From Chitinophaga pinensis (GTDB taxonomy: Bacteria > Bacteroidota > Bacteroidia > UKL13-3), in NCBI GenBank assembly GCA_945861965.1, contig CAMAWM010000008.1, forward strand, positions 6,353 through 70,352: a DNA stretch of 64,000 nt. Direction: 5' to 3'. A model generated the notes under the pieces. It had not been told where the DNA came from, ran no database searches, and saw only the letters and a list, made by a program, of their open reading frames with translations. A program made the position numbers and the translations under genes. Positions 49,045 through 59,665 of this stretch are shown in pieces; the stretch's first letter is position 1; every line of letters begins with the position of its first letter.

Positions 49045-49812
49045 CTAAATTCCAAAGATAATTTTTGAATTCTCTGTCGTTATTTCTGCAATTTTTTCGA
49101 TACTTACATTTTTAATTTCCGCTAATTTTTTTGCAACCTCAAGCAGATAAAAACTTTCGTTTCGTTTGCCGCGATGTGGAACTGGAGCAAGGTAAGGCGA
49201 GTCGGTTTCCAAAACCAAATGCTTCAAATCAATTTCTTTAATAGCTTTATCCAAACCCGAATTTTTGTAAGTTAACACACCACCAATTCCTAAATAAAAA
49301 CCCATTTCTACAATTTGCTTTGCTTGATTTTCATCGCCACTGAAACAATGAAAAATACCACGCAGTTTTGGGTTGTTGATTTCTTTTAAAATTTCAATTA
49401 ATTCAGTTGTTGAATTGCGCGAATGAATAACTATGGGTAGTTCAAAATCAATTGCCCATTGACATTGTTTTTTAAAGGCGATAATTTGTTGATCTTTAAA
49501 TTCAACACTCCAATAAAAATCCAAACCAATTTCTCCAAGCGCATAAAATTTTCGCTTCGAAAAGCACTTATGAATTTGGAAAAGCTGTGCCTCAAAATCT
49601 GCATCCACCGAACAAGGATGCAATCCCATCATTGGAAAACAGTTTTCAGGAAATGTCCAAACCAAATCCAGCATGGGTTGAATGCTGTGAACATCAATAT
49701 TGGGAAGAAAAAATCGAGTTATGTTATTTTCAAGTGCTCGCTGCATCATTTCATTGCGATCTGAAGCAAATTCTTCGGCATATAAATGTGTATGTGTGTC
49801 AGTAAAAATCAT
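49045..49812 (-). CDS. tatD: TatD-family metal-dependent hydrolase/DNase
   Basis: MIFTDTHTHL...ALGEIGLDF...HSRN...HCFSG...ETDSPYLAP are TatD motifs. Start trimmed to the ATG at 49810-49812. Confidence 0.8.
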   Translation of the reverse strand: MIFTDTHTHLYAEEFASDRNEMMQRALENNITRFFLPNIDVHSIQPMLDLVWTFPENCFPMMGLHPCSVDADFEAQLFQIHKCFSKRKFYALGEIGLDFYWSVEFKDQQIIAFKKQCQWAIDFELPIVIHSRNSTTELIEILKEINNPKLRGIFHCFSGDENQAKQIVEMGFYLGIGGVLTYKNSGLDKAIKEIDLKHLVLETDSPYLAPVPHRGKRNESFYLLEVAKKLAEIKNVSIEKIAEITTENSKIIFGI

Positions 49813-49829
49813 AAAGCTATATTCGCACA

Positions 49830-50576
49830 ATGCGATTTGTTATTAAATTTGCTTTCAAAGGTACAAATTATCACGGCTGGCAAAAACAGCAAAATGCACA
49901 CACTGTTCAAGACGAATTGGATGAAAAATTGAGCATGTTGTTAGGCGAAAAAATTGAAACGCTGGGATGTGGAAGAACAGACACTGGAGTTCATGCACGC
50001 GAATTTTTTGCGCATTTTGATTTTGATAAAACTATTGACTTTGAGAATTTAATTCACAAATTGAATCACACCACTTCGCACGATATTGCAGTGTATAAAA
50101 TCACTCAAGTTGATGAAAATTTTAATGCGCGATTTGATGCTACATGGCGCGAATACGAATATTGTATTTGCACTGTTATAAATCCTTTTTCGGCTGAATT
50201 TGCATGGCAATTTCTACGCAAATTAGATGTTGATGCAATGAACTCAGCGTGTAAAATTTTGTTTAATTACAACGATTTTGAATGTTTTAGCAAAGTGCAA
50301 ACACAAGTAAATAATTTTAAGTGCGAGCTGATGAAAGCCGAATGGAAAATACAAGACGACAACTTAATTTTTACCATACGCGCCAATCGGTTTTTGAGAA
50401 ATATGGTTCGTTCAATTGTTGGTACATTAATTAAAATTGGATTGCATGAAATTGACGAGAATAGTTTGAAAGAAATAATTGAAAGCAAAAAAAGAAGCGA
50501 AGCGGGCCAATCTGTTCCTGCACACGGCTTGTGTTTAACAAAGGTGTTTTATCCTACTCTGTCAACGAAGTTGTAA
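49830..50576 (+). CDS. truA: tRNA pseudouridine(38-40) synthase
   Basis: AFKGTNYHGWQKQ...LGCGRTDTGVHA (catalytic Asp) is the TruA family signature. 248 aa. Confidence 0.85.
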   Translation: MRFVIKFAFKGTNYHGWQKQQNAHTVQDELDEKLSMLLGEKIETLGCGRTDTGVHAREFFAHFDFDKTIDFENLIHKLNHTTSHDIAVYKITQVDENFNARFDATWREYEYCICTVINPFSAEFAWQFLRKLDVDAMNSACKILFNYNDFECFSKVQTQVNNFKCELMKAEWKIQDDNLIFTIRANRFLRNMVRSIVGTLIKIGLHEIDENSLKEIIESKKRSEAGQSVPAHGLCLTKVFYPTLSTKL

Positions 50577-51310
50577 ATAGCCGCGTTTAATTTTTCGGGT
50601 TCTTCATACATACTACAATGTGCCGAAGAATCAAGCAAACAAATTTCACTTTGCCTACAAAGACTTGCCTGATTAAGCAAATCAATTTCATTAATAAATG
50701 CATCGTGTTTTCCAATTCCAAAAAACACAGGCAAATCTGTAGTTGCTAATAAATTTAAATTGTTCTCTCTAGAAATCATAGCATGACAGGCATTAATGAA
50801 TCCATCTAATAGAGATTTCATTGCTTCAGAAATCATGAAGTGAATTGTATTTTGATTCTTAATTTTATCAAAAAATAATGTAGGAATAAAGTTTTTCAGA
50901 AAAATTTCTATTCCGTTTTGTTGTAGAAAATTAATTACTTGTTTGCGTTTTTCTTTGCGTTCATCGTTATCATCAACAGCTGTTGAATGCAATAATCCGA
51001 ATGCTTTTAATTGATGAGGAAACATTTTTGCAAATGCAAGAGTTGCATATCCACCCATTGAATGACCAATCATTACACATTGCTTTATTTGCAATTCGTC
51101 AAGCGAAGTTTTTATTTTTTTTGCTAGTTCATTAAACGTAATTCCAGCAATTGGTTCACTCAATCCAAAACCCGGCAAATCAAAAGTGATAACACGAAAA
51201 TGTTTTTGTAATTCATCAACTTGAAAATCAAAACAAGTATTGTTTTCGCAAAAACCATGAAGCAATACCAAGGTTTTAGAGCCAGTTCCGTATGAAAAAT
51301 GATTTAGCAT
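50549..51310 (-). CDS. Alpha/beta-fold hydrolase
   Basis: LVLLHGFCEN (HG oxyanion) and GHSMGG (nucleophile elbow). 253 aa. Its 3' end overlaps the truA 3' end by 28 nt (convergent). Confidence 0.7.
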   Translation of the reverse strand: MLNHFSYGTGSKTLVLLHGFCENNTCFDFQVDELQKHFRVITFDLPGFGLSEPIAGITFNELAKKIKTSLDELQIKQCVMIGHSMGGYATLAFAKMFPHQLKAFGLLHSTAVDDNDERKEKRKQVINFLQQNGIEIFLKNFIPTLFFDKIKNQNTIHFMISEAMKSLLDGFINACHAMISRENNLNLLATTDLPVFFGIGKHDAFINEIDLLNQASLCRQSEICLLDSSAHCSMYEEPEKLNAAIYNFVDRVG

Positions 51311-51319
51311 AAAATAGAA

Positions 51320-52867
51320 TTACGCTTTGTATTCGCCAAATACATTTCTAAAAGTATCTGCTATTTCGCCAAGTGTCGCGTAATTTTCTACCGCATCAAT
51401 AATATGAGGCATTAAATTATTTCCTTCTTTCGCAGTTTGATCAAGTTGTTGCAAACATTGATTTATTTTCTCAGAATCTCGTTCAGCTTTTAATGCATTT
51501 AATTTTTCAATTTGCTGAGTCCGAATATTGTCATCAATTTTAAAAACAGGAGGAGTAGATCCTTCGTTTTGATATTTATTTACACCAACAATTATTTTTT
51601 CATTTCGTTCAATTTCTTTTTGATAACGAAAACTTGCATCTGCAATTTCCTTTTGCATATATCCTTGTTCAATTGCATTTACACTTCCTCCCATTGCGTC
51701 AATTTTTTGGATGTATTTCCATGCTTCATCTTCCACTTTTTGTGTTAGTTCTTCAATAAAATAACTTCCTCCCAATGGATCAACTGTATCAATTACTCCA
51801 CTTTCATGAGCTATAATTTGTTGTGTTCGCAATGCAATCTTAGCTGCATTTTCAGTTGGTAAACTTAATGCTTCGTCAAAACCATTGGTGTGCAAACTTT
51901 GTGTTCCACCCAATACAGCAGCCAATGCCTGCATGGTAACTCGAGCAATATTATTTTCGGCTTGTTGGGCTTGCAAAGTGCTTCCACCAGTTTGTGTATG
52001 AAAACGCAACATCATAGCTTTAGGATTTGTTGCACCAAATTCTTTCGCCATTTTTGCCCACATTCTTCTTGCAGCACGAAACTTTGCAATTTCTTCAAAA
52101 AAATTATTGTGAGCATTAAAGAAAAAGGAAAGTCTTTGTCCAAACACATTGATGTCCAAGCCTTTTTCGATAGCGGCTTTTGTGTATGCTTTTGCGTTTG
52201 ACAATGTGAATGCAATTTCTTGAACTGCCGTACTTCCGGCTTCACGAATATGGTAGCCTGAAATTGAAATTGTATTCCATTTAGGAACCTCTTTACTGCA
52301 ATATTCAAACACATCAGTAATTATGCGCATGCTTGGCTTTGGCGGGTAAATGTATGTTCCACGAGCGGCATATTCTTTCAAAATATCATTTTGAATTGTT
52401 CCTGATATTTTTTTCAAATCAGCACCTTGCTTTTTTGCAAGTGCCAAATAAAATGCAAGCAATGTTGAAGCAGTTGCATTGATGGTCATTGAGGTTGTAA
52501 TTTCTTCTAATTTTATTCCGCCAAACAAAACTTCTATGTCGCGAAGCGAATCAATAGCAACACCAACTTTCCCTACTTCACCTTCGCTCATTGTATGATC
52601 GCTATCGTATCCAATTTGAGTTGGCAAATCAAATGCAACGCTTAATCCTGTAGTTCCATTTGCTAATAAATATTTGTAGCGTTTGTTACTTTCTTCGGCA
52701 GTTGAAAATCCTGCATATTGTCTCATCGTCCACATTTTACCACGATACATATCTTTTTGTATGCCGCGTGTGTACGGAAATTCGCCCGATTTTTCTACTT
52801 CATTACTTGTGGTGTAAAGTTCTTTAATCTCTATCCCACTATCGGTTTTAAAAGTTTTTTTTGTCAA
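51320..52867 (-). CDS. Acyl-CoA mutase (methylmalonyl-CoA mutase family) large substrate-binding subunit, without a B12-binding domain
   Basis: [61 protein letters not shown] matches the mutase TIM-barrel N-terminus. 515 aa, so it has no C-terminal DxHxxG B12 domain. TTG start. Confidence 0.8.
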   Translation of the reverse strand: MTKKTFKTDSGIEIKELYTTSNEVEKSGEFPYTRGIQKDMYRGKMWTMRQYAGFSTAEESNKRYKYLLANGTTGLSVAFDLPTQIGYDSDHTMSEGEVGKVGVAIDSLRDIEVLFGGIKLEEITTSMTINATASTLLAFYLALAKKQGADLKKISGTIQNDILKEYAARGTYIYPPKPSMRIITDVFEYCSKEVPKWNTISISGYHIREAGSTAVQEIAFTLSNAKAYTKAAIEKGLDINVFGQRLSFFFNAHNNFFEEIAKFRAARRMWAKMAKEFGATNPKAMMLRFHTQTGGSTLQAQQAENNIARVTMQALAAVLGGTQSLHTNGFDEALSLPTENAAKIALRTQQIIAHESGVIDTVDPLGGSYFIEELTQKVEDEAWKYIQKIDAMGGSVNAIEQGYMQKEIADASFRYQKEIERNEKIIVGVNKYQNEGSTPPVFKIDDNIRTQQIEKLNALKAERDSEKINQCLQQLDQTAKEGNNLMPHIIDAVENYATLGEIADTFRNVFGEYKA

Positions 52868-52922
52868 AATAAATTGTATTAATTCTCCGCTTCACCTTTC
52901 ATTCAATGTCAACAAATGGAAT

Positions 52923-53459
52923 TTATCCAAAGATTAAATCAAATTCTTTTTTAATAAACACAAGTGCTTTATGTGTAGGAATTTCTTCCATTGTTAGCAT
53001 GGTTCTAAAAACAGCTTTGCTTAAATCAAGCCCAACGGAATTTGGTCCTAAATCAGCAAATGAAGTATTTACAATATTTATCATTTCCTCTTTCACGGTT
53101 CGCACTACCTGCCAACATTGAAGACTTACAAATAACTGTTGCGAAATGTTGTGGTTAAATTCAGAGTTAATGTCGTCAATTAACTCAAGTTTAAGTTGCG
53201 AAGCTGCAATACCAGGTTTGTGAATTCGCATTATTAAACTTTCGGGGCTTAATCTTTCCATCAACAAAATCAAGCGTTCGTAAGCTTGCAATTTCAAAGG
53301 TTGCATAGATTTAATTAAATCAGCACGAATGTCGAGCACACGCTTACGATATTCGTCATCAAAAAAAGATTTTAGCTGAAAGTAGGTTACCAAAAATGTA
53401 ACTAAAGCTGGCAGCAAGTATTTTAGAAATTCGAGAAATAGACTTAATCCTTCGTTCAT
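52923..53459 (-). CDS. Hypothetical protein (178 aa)
   Basis: ORF with an ATG start and a hydrophobic N-terminal segment (LLPALVTFLVTYF). No recognisable motif. Confidence 0.4.
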   Translation of the reverse strand: MNEGLSLFLEFLKYLLPALVTFLVTYFQLKSFFDDEYRKRVLDIRADLIKSMQPLKLQAYERLILLMERLSPESLIMRIHKPGIAASQLKLELIDDINSEFNHNISQQLFVSLQCWQVVRTVKEEMINIVNTSFADLGPNSVGLDLSKAVFRTMLTMEEIPTHKALVFIKKEFDLIFG

Positions 53460-53546
53460 TTTAAATTGTAATTAGTAGGCGAAAATAGTTTTTTGTTTCT
53501 AATTTCTAAAAGCCAAGATCTGCATACTAACTTCTATATTCGCAGC

Positions 53547-54824
53547 ATGAATGTTTTATTATTAGGATCTGGAGGACGCGAGCATGCATTTGCGTACAAA
53601 CTAACTCAAAGTAAGCATTGCAAGCAATTGTTTATTGCACCCGGAAATCCAGGAACAGCAAAGCATGGAATCAATGTAAACATAAAACTAAACGATTTTG
53701 AAGAACTTGGAAAATTTTGCATGCAACAAAATATTTCTTTGCTAATTGTTGGTCCAGAAGAACCCTTGGTTAATGGAATTAGAGATTTTTTTGAAGCAGA
53801 CAAAAATCTTGCAAACATAAAATTTATTGGTCCTGGAAAATTAGGCGCACAATTGGAAGGGAGTAAAGATTTCAGCAAGGATTTCATGATAAAATACAAA
53901 ATACCTACTGCAAATTACAAAACATTTACTTCTGAAAATTTGCACGATGGAATGGAGTATGTAAAAAAACACAGTTTGCCAGTTGTGTTAAAAGCAGATG
54001 GACTTGCAGCAGGAAAAGGCGTTCTTATTTTAAATGACAACGAAGTTGCTGTAAATGAAATTCGGGCCATGATTGAAAACAAAAAATTTGGCAATGCAAG
54101 CGATAAAGTTGTTGTTGAAGAATATTTAAATGGAATTGAACTTTCTGTTTTTGTATTAAGCGATGGAACAAATTATAAAATTCTTCCAACGGCAAAAGAT
54201 TACAAACGCATAGGCGAAAACGATTCGGGCTTAAATACAGGTGGAATGGGCGCTGTTTCTCCAGTTCCATTTGCCGATGAAGCGTATTTGAAAAAAGTGG
54301 ATGAGAGAATCATTAAGCCAACTATTGAAGGATTAAAAAATGAAAATATAAACTATGTCGGATTTATTTTTATTGGATTGATGTCGGTGAATGGCGAACC
54401 ATTTGTTATTGAATACAATTGCCGAATGGGCGATCCAGAAACAGAAGTTGTGCTTCCATTAATTAAATCTGATTTGCTTGAAATGTTAGTGGCATGCGCT
54501 GATGGAAAATTGGATGAATATGAATTGCTGATTGATGATTTGGCAGCTGCAACTGTAATGCTGGTTTCTGCTGGTTATCCTGGCGATTATGAAAAAGGAA
54601 AACAAATAATCGGAATTGACGACATACAAAACTCGCAACTTTTTCATGCAGGAACTCAACTAAATGAGAATGGCGAACTTTGCACTAATGGTGGGCGAGT
54701 AATGGCAATTACTTCTTTTGGAAAAAATATAAATGAGGCCGTTTCTGTTTCAATAAACAATGCCAAATTAATTCAATACGAAGGGAAATATTTTAGAAAA
54801 GATATTGGATTCGAATTTTTATAG
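53547..54824 (+). CDS. purD: Phosphoribosylamine--glycine ligase
   Basis: MNVLLLGSGGREHAFAYKL is the canonical PurD N-terminus. The ATP-grasp domain is present. Start at the internal ATG 53547. Confidence 0.9.
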   Translation: MNVLLLGSGGREHAFAYKLTQSKHCKQLFIAPGNPGTAKHGINVNIKLNDFEELGKFCMQQNISLLIVGPEEPLVNGIRDFFEADKNLANIKFIGPGKLGAQLEGSKDFSKDFMIKYKIPTANYKTFTSENLHDGMEYVKKHSLPVVLKADGLAAGKGVLILNDNEVAVNEIRAMIENKKFGNASDKVVVEEYLNGIELSVFVLSDGTNYKILPTAKDYKRIGENDSGLNTGGMGAVSPVPFADEAYLKKVDERIIKPTIEGLKNENINYVGFIFIGLMSVNGEPFVIEYNCRMGDPETEVVLPLIKSDLLEMLVACADGKLDEYELLIDDLAAATVMLVSAGYPGDYEKGKQIIGIDDIQNSQLFHAGTQLNENGELCTNGGRVMAITSFGKNINEAVSVSINNAKLIQYEGKYFRKDIGFEFL

Positions 54825-54837
54825 AAGCAATTTATTT

Positions 54838-57051
54838 TTAAAACTTCCAACTCAAAGTAACAAAATAATTTCGACCGGCTGCTGCAAAAAATAAGGGCGT
54901 GGTTCCTTTTACGCCAAATTCGTCTATTGTATTTGTTGCGCTTGCAACGCTTCCCGATGTGCAATATTTTTCGTTAAGTAAATTATTTAATTGAATGCTT
55001 AAAACAGGCTTGCCTGATTTTATCCATTTATCAAGTTGAATAGATAGTTTGGAATCCAAAAAATTAAATTCAGGAACTGCAATGTTTTTATCTTCGCTAT
55101 TATCCAAATATTGGATGCTAACATATCGCCACAAAAAGTCGAAACTTAGCCATTGAGTTGCGTTTATTTTTATTCCCTGATTGATAATTACAGAAGGCGA
55201 TAATGCTAAATTTACATTGTTGTAAGTTAAAACGGAATCGGAGTATGCGTATGTAGTTTTATAAAACTGCGTTACTTTATCAATCTTATTTTTGCTGAAA
55301 GAAGATTGATTATAAACTTGCAAAAAGTTATTTATTTTATAATGCACATCCAATTCAAGTCCCATGCGGTAGCTGGCTTTAACATTAGTAGTTACAGGAT
55401 ATCCAAAATTATTTAATTGTCCCAAACCGATAATTTGATTTTCAAATTGCATAAGAAAAATAGTCGCTTTTGATTTGAATTTTCGATGGGTAAATTCATA
55501 CCCAAGTTCGCTGTTCAAAACGCTTTCTGATTTTATATCGTTTTGCTTTGTTTCGTGTGTTGCAAAATCATCCTGAAAATAATCAAACCGTGTTGGTTCT
55601 CTACTGCTTTGCCCTTGCATCAAATACATTTTATGCAATGCATTAAACGTATAAGTAAATCCGCATCTCCAATTAAAAAATAGCCATTTCATGTTTTCGA
55701 CTGAATAGTTGAATTGCCTAATTTGCATTGGTGTTTCTTTGTATTTAAAAGTAGAAATTCTACTTTGTAAATCAACAAATAAATTTGCTTTGGAATTATT
55801 AAAATGTTCGTTGAATTTTATAAAAACACTCGCCTCGTTTTTGTTTCCTGTGTTAAAATATACGCGATGATTTTGTTGAAATTCTAAAGGCAAAATACTT
55901 CCATAGTTTATCTCCATAAAATGATTGCTGGAAAAACTATTTACATGAATTCCACTGGTTAAATCCCAACTGGTTTTTCTGAAATTGTATGTTAAAAATC
56001 CACCATAAAATGTTTGATCCAGTCTGTACGAAGTCATCATGTTTCCAGCAGTTTTCAGCGTATCGTTATTGCTTATTACATCGGGCAAATTGAAATAACT
56101 AAAAGGCATTCCCCAAGATTGAGGAAACATAAATTGGAATTGAGGGGCCGAACTTCTGACGAAATAAACAGATGAAAATAAATAATTATTTGCGTTGAAT
56201 TTATAAGTGTATTGTAACTGATAAAATTGTTGATTGAATTTATCGCTTTCGCCATTTATAAATGAGTTTGATTTTGCGTTAAGATCCAACGTTGTTTTAT
56301 CAACTCCTAAATAGGATAGTTGATTTTCGGCAAAGCCACCAAAAGCATTGAATTTAAGCATCGCATTTTTCATTTTATAGCCAGCGCTAAAAAGGTATGA
56401 ACGGATTTGCGATCCAGAATTTTTACGATACCCATCCGTGTTTAATTGTCCAAACCGTGCATAAAACATGAATTTATTTTGCAACAAACCGCTTTGCATT
56501 TCTACACTTGTTCGTTGCGAGTTAAAAGATCCTACACCTTCGTTTATTGAAACCTCAGACGCTTCATTTAAATTTTTTGTTAGAATATTTATTGAACCTC
56601 CAAAAGCCGAAGTTCCGTTGGTTGAAGTCCCGATTCCGCGTTGAATTTGAACACTTTCAGCACTGCTCATTAGGTCAGCAAAATTGTTAAAAAAAACACC
56701 TTGGTTTTCTGGATCGTTAATCGGAATTCCGTTTACTGTTGTGTTAATGCGCGTTTGATCCATTCCGCGAAGTCTAAAAAAACTATATCCAATTCCAGTT
56801 CCATTGTCGCTATACATATTTACCGATGGAGTTGAATTAATCAAACTTGGAACATCTGCACCAAAATATTTTGCTTCTATTTGTTTTCGGTTTAATGTGG
56901 TTTGTGTTATTGGTTTTTGTTCGTCAACTTTGATTGAATGAACCACAAATTCTTGTAATTCGTTTTGTTTATTAAGGATAGATGAGTCGCTTTGACAAAA
57001 AATTGATTTGCTGAAAACCATTGTCAATACAAAGAAGAATTTTTTAAACAT
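54838..57051 (-). CDS. TonB-dependent outer-membrane receptor, probably thiamine-regulated
   Basis: Signal peptide and a plug domain (…FFRLRGMDQTRINTTVNGIPINDPE…). The long beta-barrel ends in an aromatic residue (…LSWKF). Preceded by a TPP riboswitch. Confidence 0.8.
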   Translation of the reverse strand: MFKKFFFVLTMVFSKSIFCQSDSSILNKQNELQEFVVHSIKVDEQKPITQTTLNRKQIEAKYFGADVPSLINSTPSVNMYSDNGTGIGYSFFRLRGMDQTRINTTVNGIPINDPENQGVFFNNFADLMSSAESVQIQRGIGTSTNGTSAFGGSINILTKNLNEASEVSINEGVGSFNSQRTSVEMQSGLLQNKFMFYARFGQLNTDGYRKNSGSQIRSYLFSAGYKMKNAMLKFNAFGGFAENQLSYLGVDKTTLDLNAKSNSFINGESDKFNQQFYQLQYTYKFNANNYLFSSVYFVRSSAPQFQFMFPQSWGMPFSYFNLPDVISNNDTLKTAGNMMTSYRLDQTFYGGFLTYNFRKTSWDLTSGIHVNSFSSNHFMEINYGSILPLEFQQNHRVYFNTGNKNEASVFIKFNEHFNNSKANLFVDLQSRISTFKYKETPMQIRQFNYSVENMKWLFFNWRCGFTYTFNALHKMYLMQGQSSREPTRFDYFQDDFATHETKQNDIKSESVLNSELGYEFTHRKFKSKATIFLMQFENQIIGLGQLNNFGYPVTTNVKASYRMGLELDVHYKINNFLQVYNQSSFSKNKIDKVTQFYKTTYAYSDSVLTYNNVNLALSPSVIINQGIKINATQWLSFDFLWRYVSIQYLDNSEDKNIAVPEFNFLDSKLSIQLDKWIKSGKPVLSIQLNNLLNEKYCTSGSVASATNTIDEFGVKGTTPLFFAAAGRNYFVTLSWKF

Positions 57052-57157
57052 AGTATTAGAATATAAAATTAAACTAAGTCAAATGCTAGGGTTGCAAATG
57101 CTTTATAAAAAATAACCCAATAATGAAGAGTGGAAATTTATAGAAAAACGATCCATC

Positions 57158-57262
57158 CTTCTTCCCTTCGCAGGCATTATCCTGAACAGGTTTTATGGGT
57201 GTTATCTCAGACAGATAGATTGAAAAGTTTTTGGCTTTACAAATCATCCACCACCCCAAAAA
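57158..57262 (-). promoter_or_regulatory. TPP (thiamine pyrophosphate) riboswitch in the 5' leader of the TonB-dependent receptor gene
   Basis: The minus-strand RNA reads GGGGUGGUGG...CUGAGAUAACACCCAUAAAACCUGUUCAGGAUAAUGCCUGCGAAGGGAAG. The conserved THI-box elements CUGAGA, ACCC, ACCUG, GGAUAAUGCC and GCG-AGGGAA appear in canonical order and spacing. It lies about 105 nt upstream of the start codon. Confidence 0.7.
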
Positions 57263-57319
57263 GACGATGCAAAAATAAAAGTAGAATTTAATTAATCAAG
57301 AAAAGATTTGAACCAATTG

Positions 57320-58537
57320 TTAAACTTTGGCAGCTGAAGTTCCTGCAATAAATCCTGTAGTCCATGCAGCTTGAAAATTGAATCCGCCTGTAAATCCGTC
57401 AATATCCAAAACTTCGCCAGCAAAATGCAATCCTTTTACTTTGCGACTTTGCATGTTTTTAAAATCAACATCATTTAATCCAACTCCACCGCAGGTTACA
57501 AATTCTTCTTTAAAAGTAGTTTTGCCTTTTACTTGGTACGCATCAAAAAGTAAATTTTGAGTAAGCGTTGTTATTTGTTCTTTTGAAATCTCAGCCCAGT
57601 TTTTTTTCTGGTCAATTTTTGATTTTAAAAATAAATAATCTAACAAGCGAACAGGTAATTTAAAAGGGAATAAATTTTTTACGGTTTTATTTGGATTTGC
57701 CGCCTTAATATTCATTAATTCTGTTCGGCAAGCATCCTCTTTTTTATTATTTATCCAACCAATCTGAATGGTAAAATCATAGTTTATTTCAGTCATTAAT
57801 CGAGCAGCAATGCTTGATAATTTTAATACTACTGGTCCGCTAAGTCCCCAATGTGTAATTAAAACAGGTCCTGAAAGTTCTGTTTTTAATTCAGGGATTT
57901 TGATTCTTGCTGATTCAACAGAAATCCCACTTAAATTTATCACATCACTATCCGGAATATTAAATGTAAACAGCGAAGGAACTGGTTCAATAATTTCGTG
58001 ACCAAGAGATTTTATCCAGCTGTAGTTTTCAAGTTTTTGACCGCCACCAGCCGTAATTATAGTTTTTTGGCATTCTATTATTTCACCATCTGCAAGATGA
58101 ATTTTAAATCCACCGTCAAGAGGTTCTATTCGTTTTACTTCTTTGTTTAATTCAATTTCAATTTTTAGTTTTTTTGCTTCACTCATCAAACAATTAATAA
58201 CTGTTTCTGAATTATCAGATGTAGGAAACATTCTTCCATCGCTTTCTGTTTTTAGTTTCACTTTGCGACTTTCAAACCAGTTAATAGTGTCTGTAGTCAT
58301 AAACTTGCTAAAAGCACTTTTCAAATGTTTTTCGCCACGAGGATAAGCAAGTGAAAGTTGTTTTAAGTCGAAACAAGAGTGCGCAAGATTGCATCTTCCG
58401 CCCCCCGAAACTTTAACTTTTTGAAGTAGTTTAGAAGTTTTTTCTAAGATCACTACTTCTGCATCTTTGTTTGTAGATGCAGCATGTATGGCTGAAAAAA
58501 AACCTGCAGCGCCACCGCCTATAACTATAATTTTCAC
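57320..58537 (-). CDS. NAD(P)/FAD-dependent oxidoreductase of the HI0933/BaiN (aminoacetone-oxidase-like) flavoprotein family
   Basis: KIIVIGGGAAGFFSAIHAA is the dinucleotide-binding motif. Length about 405 aa. A C-terminal GG motif (FAGEVLDIDGFTGGFNFQAA) is typical of this family. GTG start. Confidence 0.7.
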   Translation of the reverse strand: MKIIVIGGGAAGFFSAIHAASTNKDAEVVILEKTSKLLQKVKVSGGGRCNLAHSCFDLKQLSLAYPRGEKHLKSAFSKFMTTDTINWFESRKVKLKTESDGRMFPTSDNSETVINCLMSEAKKLKIEIELNKEVKRIEPLDGGFKIHLADGEIIECQKTIITAGGGQKLENYSWIKSLGHEIIEPVPSLFTFNIPDSDVINLSGISVESARIKIPELKTELSGPVLITHWGLSGPVVLKLSSIAARLMTEINYDFTIQIGWINNKKEDACRTELMNIKAANPNKTVKNLFPFKLPVRLLDYLFLKSKIDQKKNWAEISKEQITTLTQNLLFDAYQVKGKTTFKEEFVTCGGVGLNDVDFKNMQSRKVKGLHFAGEVLDIDGFTGGFNFQAAWTTGFIAGTSAAKV

Positions 58538-58614
58538 TTTTATATTAATGTAATTATGGGTTGCAAAAATATAACTATTTCAGGAATATAAAAAAGCACC
58601 TGAGATTTAATAGT

Positions 58615-59601
58615 TTATTGCTCTCTGTAAATAACTTCAAGTAGCGTTTGCCCCACTGCTTTTAGCGTGTTGCGATCAATGTTATTCATATTGTCGTTTG
58701 CCGTATGCCACCAAGGCGCAAAGCCCGTTCCGCTTGTTTCGCTATAATGTATGATGTCAATTGTCGGAATTTTAGCCAACTCATTTATGTACAAATGATC
58801 GTCTGTTATGCCTCCTTTTTTGTAGTAATAAAACCAATTAGAAAAACCAAGATTGATTGCCAAATCCCAAACTTTTCTCAAAACGGGTTCTGCATAATCT
58901 ACACTTGTTTCTTCCCAAACGAATTTTGCATTTTTCCCGCCAACCATATCCATCAGTATTCCAAATTCGGCTTTATAATTGGGCTTGTGCAAGTTTTTTG
59001 ACCAATACTGCGAACCTAAACAAAAAGAATTTTCGTATTCTGATTTTCCTAAATCTTCTGCATCAAAACAAATAAAATCAACGCCAACATTCGGCAATTT
59101 TTTGTTTAGAATTCTTGCCATTTCCAACATTATTCCCACTCCACTTGCGCCATCGTCTGCCGCTAAAATTGGCTTGTTGCGGTTGGTTTCTAATGAATCA
59201 TTATCTGCATACGGCCTACTGTCCCAATGCGTACAAATCAAAATTCGTTTTTTGGCTTCGGGATTGTATTCGGCTATTATATTAATAATAGGAAGTTTTG
59301 GATTGTCAAAATGCTTTACTTCGGCTTTTTGTTCAATTGTATGTGCGCCATATTTTTTAAATTGACTAACAATCCAATTAGCACATTTTAAATTTGCTGA
59401 ACTTGCTGTAACGCGCGAACCAAAATCTACTTGTTTTTGTATGAAAAAATAAGCGGAATCCGAGTTGAATTCGGGAGAAGTTTTTTTGAATGCAGCTTGT
59501 TGAATATCCGAATTTTTATTTTGGATTTCAGGCACATCAGTACACGATGTAATAACCAATAGCAGTGAAAAATAATTCAGGATTTTCTTTTTCAAATTCA
59601 T
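58615..59601 (-). CDS. M28-family zinc peptidase-fold lipoprotein (glutaminyl-cyclase-like)
   Basis: Lipobox LLVITSCTD. HWDSRPYADND and DDGASGVGIMLEMARIL are M28/glutaminyl-cyclase metal-binding motifs. Confidence 0.65.
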   Translation of the reverse strand: MNLKKKILNYFSLLLVITSCTDVPEIQNKNSDIQQAAFKKTSPEFNSDSAYFFIQKQVDFGSRVTASSANLKCANWIVSQFKKYGAHTIEQKAEVKHFDNPKLPIINIIAEYNPEAKKRILICTHWDSRPYADNDSLETNRNKPILAADDGASGVGIMLEMARILNKKLPNVGVDFICFDAEDLGKSEYENSFCLGSQYWSKNLHKPNYKAEFGILMDMVGGKNAKFVWEETSVDYAEPVLRKVWDLAINLGFSNWFYYYKKGGITDDHLYINELAKIPTIDIIHYSETSGTGFAPWWHTANDNMNNIDRNTLKAVGQTLLEVIYREQ

Positions 59602-59665
59602 TTTTCAAATCTAATCAATTCACGCTTGATGTGTTTAACGTAAAGATTTTTCCGCCTTTTTTAAT

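Noticed and set aside
54773-54964. 63-aa minus-strand ORF spanning the purD/TonB-receptor junction (and other 60-100-aa ORFs nested in large genes, such as 5161..5535, 24528..25165, 28109..29087 and 58705..59365)
   Set aside because: All are embedded antisense or out of frame in strongly supported genes. They lack start context and show shadow-ORF composition.
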